A stretch of 4,438 bases of DNA from a virus (lineage: Duplodnaviria; Heunggongvirae; Uroviricota; Caudoviricetes), in the IMG/VR virus record IMGVR_UViG_2695420589_000004; one strand, 5' to 3'. The position numbers were made by a program, and so were the translations under genes. The notes under the pieces were generated by a model. That model ran no database searches. It was not told the DNA's origin and was given only the letters and a program-made list of their open reading frames with translations. Positions 1 through 4,438 of this stretch are shown here, piece after piece (position 1 is the stretch's first letter; the number at the start of each line of letters is the position of its first letter).

Positions 1-1
1 C

Positions 2-103
2 ACCGCTGAACGGGATTATTTCACCCTCAGAGAGCGGCTGATGACGATGCAGATGCAACTGGAAGGGGCACAGGAGTATATCCGCACTCAGTGCATTAAG
101 TAG
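2..103 (+). CDS. 3' end of an upstream ORF that is truncated at the window edge; hypothetical protein, with only the C-terminal 33 aa visible
   Basis: Open frame from position 2 to the TAG at 101-103, translating to TAERDYFTLRERLMTMQMQLEGAQEYIRTQCIK*. It is on the same strand as the downstream phage late genes. No recognisable motif. Its position would fit the end of a lysis-cassette or late-region gene, but that is inference only. Confidence 0.3.
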   Translation, partial: TAERDYFTLRERLMTMQMQLEGAQEYIRTQCIK

Positions 104-145
104 CCTTTTTATCGTGGTAAACATTTCGCAGGGTATGAGGTATTT

Positions 146-496
146 ATGCCATCACTAATCCCACGTGCCTGCCGTAAGCGTGGATGTGCAGGTACAACCA
201 CAGACAGTTCGGGTTACTGCGATAAACATCGCGGTGAAGGCTGGGTGCAGCACCAGCGCGGACTGAGCCGCCACCAGCGTGGCTATGGCTCAAAATGGAC
301 GGTGATTCGTGCCCGTATTCTGAAGCGCGATAAAGGTCTGTGTCAGTTGTGTCTGCGTGTCGGTGTGGTGAGCGAGGCGAAAACCGTCGACCACATCATC
401 CCGAAAGCGCATGGCGGAACAGACGCAGACAGCAACCTGCAGAGTCTGTGCTGGCCCTGCCATAAAGCGAAAACAGCGCGCGAACGAATCCGGTGA
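146..496 (+). CDS. HNH endonuclease, terminase-associated (HK97 gp74-like)
   Basis: 116-aa ORF with ATG at 146 preceded by GAGG at 137-140 (5-nt spacer). The protein has paired Cys motifs (CQLC and CWPCH) flanking a DH catalytic dyad (VDHIIPKAHGG, nt 389-394) and a conserved Asn (SNLQSL), which is the classic HNH/zinc-finger architecture. There is an additional N-terminal Cys/His cluster (CRKRGCAG...YCDKH). It sits immediately upstream of terS, which is the typical location of the packaging HNH in HK97-like phages. Confidence 0.9.
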   Translation: MPSLIPRACRKRGCAGTTTDSSGYCDKHRGEGWVQHQRGLSRHQRGYGSKWTVIRARILKRDKGLCQLCLRVGVVSEAKTVDHIIPKAHGGTDADSNLQSLCWPCHKAKTARERIR

Positions 497-518
497 TAAT
501 TATTCTCACTTGTAGGGA

Positions 519-578
519 GGGGCGGGGCAAATCCCTGTGACCTGACGTCTTCCGGACTGCCCGCCCCATCGTTTTTTT
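519..578 (+). terminator. GC-rich imperfect inverted repeat followed by a T7 run; putative intrinsic terminator after the HNH gene, or alternatively part of the cos region
   Basis: Left arm GGGGCGGGGCA (519-529) pairs with right arm TGCCCGCCCC (558-567): 8 G/C base pairs, a one-base bulge, then 2 more pairs. TTTTTTT follows at 572-578. The loop is about 28 nt, which is long for a canonical terminator, hence the moderate confidence. Confidence 0.4.
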
Positions 579-593
579 ATACCCGCGAAAAAT

Positions 594-639
594 GAAATTT
601 AACCAGGAGTGCCGCATATGGCTGGAACGGCGGGGGGGT
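594..639 (+). repeat. Direct repeat, copy 1 of the terS ribosome-binding site and start region; abuts N-run 640-724
   Basis: The 46 nt gaaatttaaccaggagtgccgcatatggctggaacggcggggggt match 725-770 with one mismatch (637 g versus 768 c). The copy includes AGGAG and an ATG at 618 in the same arrangement as the real terS start. Confidence 0.9.
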
Positions 640-724
640 NNNNNNNNNNNNNNNNNNNNNNNNNNNNNNNNNNNNNNNNNNNNNNNNNNNNNNNNNNNNN
701 NNNNNNNNNNNNNNNNNNNNNNNN
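640..724. other. N-run (85 nt); masked sequence or scaffold gap
   Basis: Contiguous n characters. Confidence 1.
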
Positions 725-770
725 GAAATTTAACCAGGAGTGCCGCATATGGCTGGAACGGCGGGGCGTT
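725..770 (+). repeat. Direct repeat, copy 2; this is the genuine terS ribosome-binding site and start region
   Basis: Near-identical to 594-639 and continues uninterrupted into the terS coding sequence. Confidence 0.9.
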
Positions 771-1243
771 CCGGGCGTCGCCCCAAGCCAACGGCGCGCA
801 AGGCGCTGGCCGGAAACCCCGGCAAGCGAGCCCTGAACAAAGATGAACCTGTTTTTACGCCCATCAAAGGTGTTGAGCCACCAGAGTGGTTCGCTGAAGA
901 AGATCTCCCTCTCGCCACGATCATGTGGCAACTGACAACCAAAGAACTCTGCGGTCAGGGCCTGCTGTGCGTGACTGACCTGGCGGTACTTGAGCGGTGG
1001 TGCGTGGCCTATGAGTTCTGGCGACGTGCCGTGAAAAATATTGCCATACAGGGCAACACCATCACCGGTGCAATGGGCGGCAGGGTCAAAAATCCGGAGC
1101 TGACCGCCAAAAAAGAACAGGAGTCCGAGATGAGCAGCACGGGGGCAATGCTCGGACTCGACCCCAGCAGCCGCCAGCGTCTGATTGGCCTGGCGGGGCA
1201 GAAGAAAGCCACTAACCCGTTTCTGAAAATTATCGAATCATGA
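749..1243 (+). CDS. terS: Phage terminase small subunit, P27 family
   Basis: ATG at 749 with AGGAG at 736-740 (8-nt spacer). The ORF track starts at GTG 740, but ATG 749 has the better RBS spacing. The N-terminus [30 protein letters not shown] matches the characteristic basic 'GRPPKPT...GNPGKR' signature of P27-family small terminases. Length is 164 aa. The TGA stop at 1241-1243 overlaps the terL ATG (ATGA), indicating translational coupling. Confidence 0.9.
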   Translation: MAGTAGRSGRRPKPTARKALAGNPGKRALNKDEPVFTPIKGVEPPEWFAEEDLPLATIMWQLTTKELCGQGLLCVTDLAVLERWCVAYEFWRRAVKNIAIQGNTITGAMGGRVKNPELTAKKEQESEMSSTGAMLGLDPSSRQRLIGLAGQKKATNPFLKIIES

Positions 1244-2986
1244 GCCGGAAATCTTACCCCAACGTAAATGCTGCAAATCAGTATGCCCGGGATGTCGTGC
1301 GCGGAAAGATTGTTGCCTGCCAGTTTGTGATTCAGGCCTGCCAGCGCCATCTTGATGACCTGATGGCGGAAAAAAGTAAGTCGTTTCGTTACCGCTTCGA
1401 CAAGGACCTGGCTGAACGGGCCGCGAAATTTATTCAGCTGTTGCCGCACACCAAGGGGGAGTGGGCATTCAAACGGATGCCCATCACGCTGGAGCCGTGG
1501 CAGCTATTTGTGATCTGCTGTGCGTTTGGCTGGGTCAATAAAGGCACCCGGTTGCGCCGCTTCCGGGAGGTGTACACCGAAATCCCCCGTAAGAACGGCA
1601 AATCAGCAATCTCTGCCGGTGTTGCCCTGTATTGTTTTGCCTGTGATAACGAGTTTGGCGCGGAAGTGTATTCCGGTGCCACGACAGAGAAACAGGCGTG
1701 GGAAGTCTTTCGCCCGGCGCGACTGATGTGTAAACGCACACCCATGCTGACGGAAGCGTTCGGGATTGAGGTTAACGCCTCAAACATGAACCGTCCGGAG
1801 GATGGCGCGCGGTTTGAACCGCTGATCGGCAACCCAGGTGATGGTTCATCACCCCACTGTGCCGTGGTTGATGAATATCACGAGCATGCCACCGATGCGC
1901 TTTATACCACAATGCTTACCGGGATGGGGGCGCGACNNNNNNNNNNNNNNNCAGCCACTGATGTGGGCCATCACCACCGCCGGGTACAACATTGAGGGGC
2001 CGTGCTACGACAAGCGGCGGGAAGTCATCGAGATGCTCAACGGCTCGGTGCCTAACGATGAACTGTTCGGGATCATCTATACCGTTGATGAAGGTGACGA
2101 CTGGACCGGCCCGCAGGTGCTGGAAAAAGCCAATCCAAATATTGGCGTGTCGGTTTATCGCGAATTTTTGTTAAGTCAGCAGCAGCGTGCGAAAAATAAC
2201 GCCCGTCTGGCAAACGTCTTTAAAACAAAACACCTCAATATCTGGGTGTCGGCGCGTTCGGCGTATTTCAACTTGGTGAGCTGGCAGAGCTGCGAGGATA
2301 AATCACTGACCCTTGAGCAGTTCGAGGGGCAGCCGTGCATTCTGGCCTTTGACCTGGCGCGTAAGCTGGATATGAACAGCATGGCGCGACTTTATACCCG
2401 CGAGATTGACGGTAAAACGCATTACTACAGTGTGGCCCCGCGTTTCTGGGTACCGTATGACACGGTGTACAGCGTCGAGAAAAATGAAGATCGACGGACA
2501 GCCGAACGCTTTCAGAAATGGGTGGAAATGGGCGTTCTGACCGTTACCGATGGTGCGGAGGTGGATTATCGCTACATCCTCGAGGAGGCCAAAGCGGCGA
2601 ACAAAATCAGCCCGGTCAGTGAGTCACCCATCGACCCCTTCGGGGCGACCGGGTTGTCACATGACCTTGCTGATGAAGACCTGAATCCCGTCACTATCGT
2701 CCAGAACTTCACCAATATGTCCGATCCGATGAAAGAGCTGGAAGCAGCGATTGAATCGGGACGTTTTCATCATGACGGCAATCCCATCATGACCTGGTGT
2801 ATCGGCAACGTGGTCGGCAAAAACATGCCGGGTAACGATGATGTGGTGAAACCCGTCAAAGAGCAGGCGGAAAACAAAATCGATGGTGCAGTTGCGCTGA
2901 TTATGGCGGTTGGCAGAGCCATGCTGTACGAGAAAGAAGACACGCTGTCTGACCACATTGAGTCCTACGGGATCCGCTCGCTTTAA
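1240..2986 (+). CDS. terL: Phage terminase large subunit (ATPase plus nuclease), interrupted by N-run 1937-1951
   Basis: ATG at 1240 overlaps the terS stop. The long ORF ends at TAA 2984-2986. Before the N-run the sequence reads ...[25 protein letters not shown], and after it ...[24 protein letters not shown]... Both parts look like one terminase large subunit of about 580 aa, with the N-terminal ATPase region and the C-terminal nuclease region. The reading frame changes by +1 across the 15-nt N-run, so the N-run length is probably not the true length. Confidence 0.88.
1937..1951. other. N-run (15 nt) inside terL
   Basis: Contiguous n characters. terL is in frame 1 before the run and frame 2 after it. 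Confidence 1.
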
Positions 2987-2997
2987 CTGAGGTAATT

Positions 2998-3198
2998 ATG
3001 ATCATGCTGATTCTCGCGCCTCTGGTGGGCGTGCTGGGTGCGCTTTTGCTGGCGTATGGTGCCTGGCTGATTTATNNNNNNNNNNNNNNNNNNNNNNNNN
3101 NNNNNNNNNNNNNNNNNNNNNNNNNNNNNNNNNNNNNNNNNNNNNNNNNNNNNNNNNNNNNNNNNNNNNNNNNNNNNNNAGTCTGTCGGCGGAGGTAA
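2998..3198 (+). CDS. Small hypothetical membrane protein (single predicted TM helix), partly masked
   Basis: ATG at 2998 with GAGGT at 2989-2993. The visible N-terminus [26 protein letters not shown] is a hydrophobic, helix-like segment. After the N-run the same frame reads ...VCRRR and stops at TAA 3196-3198, if the N-run preserves length. It lies 11 nt after the terL stop and ends inside the portal RBS. The 3' boundary is uncertain because of N-run 3076-3179. Confidence 0.4.
3076..3179. other. N-run (104 nt)
   Basis: Contiguous n characters. Confidence 1.
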
Positions 3199-3201
3199 AT
3201 A

Positions 3202-4427
3202 GTGTTCTTTTCGGGATTATTTCAACGAAAAAGCGATGTGCCGGTGACCACGCCAGCAGAACNNNNNNNNNNNNNNNNNNNNNNNNNNNNNNNNNNNNNN
3301 NNNNNNNNNNNNNNNNNNNNNNNNNNNNNNNNNNNNNNNNNNNNNNNNNNNNNNNNNNNNNNNNNNNNNNNNNNNNNNNNNNNNNNNNNNNNNNNNNNNN
3401 NNNNNNNNNNNNNNNNNNNNNNNNNNNNNNNNNNNNNNNNNNNNNNNNNNNNNNNNNNNNNNNNNNNNNNNNNNNNNNNNNNNNNNNNNNNNNNNNNNNN
3501 NNNNNNNNNNNNNNNNNNNNNNNNNNNNNNNNNNNNNNNNNNNNNNNNNNNNNNNNNNNNNNNNNNNNNNNNNNNNNNNNNNNNNNNNNNNNNNNNNNNN
3601 NNNNNNNNNNNNNNNNNNNNNNNNNNNNNNNNNNNNNNNNNNNNNNNNNNNNNNNNNNNNNNNNNNNNNNNNNNNNNNNNNNNNNNNNNNNNNNNNNNNN
3701 NNNNNNNNNTCAGGTGACGTTTCCGGATGGTTCCGTGGATGTGTTGACCCAGAATGAAATCTGGCATGTGCGCACCCTGACGCTGGATGGACTTGTCGGG
3801 CTGAATCCCATTGCGTATGCGCGTGAGGCCATTTCACTGGCAGCGGCAACCGAGGAGCACGGTGCCAGGTTGTTTAGTAATGGTGCGGTGACATCCGGTG
3901 TGTTGCGTACGGAACAAAAGCTCACGCCGGATGCTTACGAGCGTCTGAAGAAAGATTTTGAGGAGTGTCACACGGGGCTTGGCAATGCTCACCGCCCGAT
4001 GATTCTGGAAATGGGGCTGGACTGGAAGTCGATGGCGCTGAACGCCGAGGACAGTCAGTTCCTGGAAACCCGCAAGTTTCAGCTGGAAGAAATCTGTCGT
4101 CTGTTCCGGGTGCCGTTGCACATGGTGCAGAACACCGATCGCGCCACCTTCAACAATATCGAAGAGCTGGGGCTGGGATTTATCAACTATTCACTGGTGC
4201 CGTATCTGACCCGCATCGAACAGCGGATCAACACCGGACTGGTACGAAAAAGTAAGCAGGGCGTTTATTACGCCAAATTTAACGCCGGGGCGTTACTGCG
4301 CGGGGATATGAAGTCCCGTTTTGAAGCCTACGCCACCGGGATCAACTGGGGAATTTACTCTTCCAATGACTGCCGCGACCTGGAAGATATGAATCCGCGT
4401 CCCGGTGGTGTAATGCCGATCAGTTAA
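3202..4427 (+). CDS. Phage portal protein, HK97 family, with a 447-nt N-run inside (3263-3709)
   Basis: GTG at 3202 with a strong GGAGGT at 3191-3196 (5-nt spacer) and an in-frame TAA immediately upstream at 3196-3198. The visible N-terminus is MFFSGLFQRKSDVPVTTPAE. The unmasked C-terminal part (3710-4427) reads ...NPIAYAREAISLAAATEEHGARLFSNG...EDSQFLETRKFQLEEICRLFRVPLHMVQN...YLTRIEQRIN..., which is typical of HK97-family portals. The total span of about 408 codons is the expected portal size. The N-terminal and C-terminal parts are in different frames across the N-run, so the join is inferred. AAGGA at 4426-4430 suggests the next gene, expected to be the head protease, starts just past the window. 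Confidence 0.78.
3263..3709. other. N-run (447 nt) inside the portal gene
   Basis: Contiguous n characters. Confidence 1.
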
Positions 4428-4438
4428 GGATCAGTTGA

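Noticed and set aside
594-770. Possible CRISPR-like or attachment-site repeat
   Set aside because: There are only two copies, and the repeat is simply the terS RBS and first codons. No array periodicity and no integrase nearby. Contig overlap or tandem duplication explains it better.
592-846. + strand ORFs 592-846 and 609-836 reading through N-run 640-724
   Set aside because: They are artifacts of the N-run and of the duplicated terS start. Copy 1's ATG at 618 gives MAGTAGG and then runs into N's, and the downstream part is out of frame with terS.
1009-1449. 146-aa minus-strand ORF overlapping the terS/terL junction
   Set aside because: It is entirely antisense to two well-supported, motif-bearing + strand genes. 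It has no RBS context and its composition mirrors the sense-strand codon bias, so it is most likely a spurious shadow ORF.
1434-1832. 132-aa minus-strand ORF inside terL
   Set aside because: Antisense to the conserved terL ATPase region with no independent coding signal. Rejected as a shadow ORF.
1992-2174. 60-aa + strand ORF in an alternative frame within terL
   Set aside because: It is fully nested in terL in a different frame, has no RBS, and its translation is rich in Ser, Arg and Cys in a way typical of out-of-frame reading.
2657-2956. 99-aa and 62-aa minus-strand ORFs inside the 3' part of terL
   Set aside because: Antisense to the conserved terL C-terminus. Open frames of this length are common opposite a high-GC coding strand. 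No start or RBS support.
3217-3849. Long minus-strand 'ORFs' (210 aa and 181 aa) spanning the 447-nt N-run
   Set aside because: These are open only because N's translate to X and contain no stops. They are not evidence of coding sequence.
3965-4255. 96-aa + strand ORF in an alternative frame within portal, and 95-aa minus-strand ORF at 3834-4121
   Set aside because: Both are nested within the portal coding region, whose frame carries the recognisable HK97 portal motifs. The alternative frames give Gly/Arg/Ala-rich, low-complexity translations typical of out-of-frame reading.

Overview
The visible sequence is the DNA-packaging / early head module of a cos-type, HK97-like tailed phage or prophage. 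The gene order, all on the + strand, is: 3' end of an upstream ORF, HNH endonuclease, GC-rich hairpin and candidate cos region, terminase small subunit (P27 family), terminase large subunit, a small single-TM ORF, and an HK97-family portal protein. Codon usage and GC content look enterobacterial, which is an inference. Four N-runs (640-724, 1937-1951, 3076-3179, 3263-3709; 651 nt in total) hide part of the window. Reading frames do not carry across two of them, and a 46-nt stretch is duplicated on either side of the first one, so they behave like scaffold gaps or masks that do not preserve length. I see no compelling evidence of a novel system in the unmasked sequence. The only non-canonical elements are the small membrane ORF between terL and portal and the duplicated terS start. 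All functional calls rest on recognising protein motifs by eye, not on database searches.
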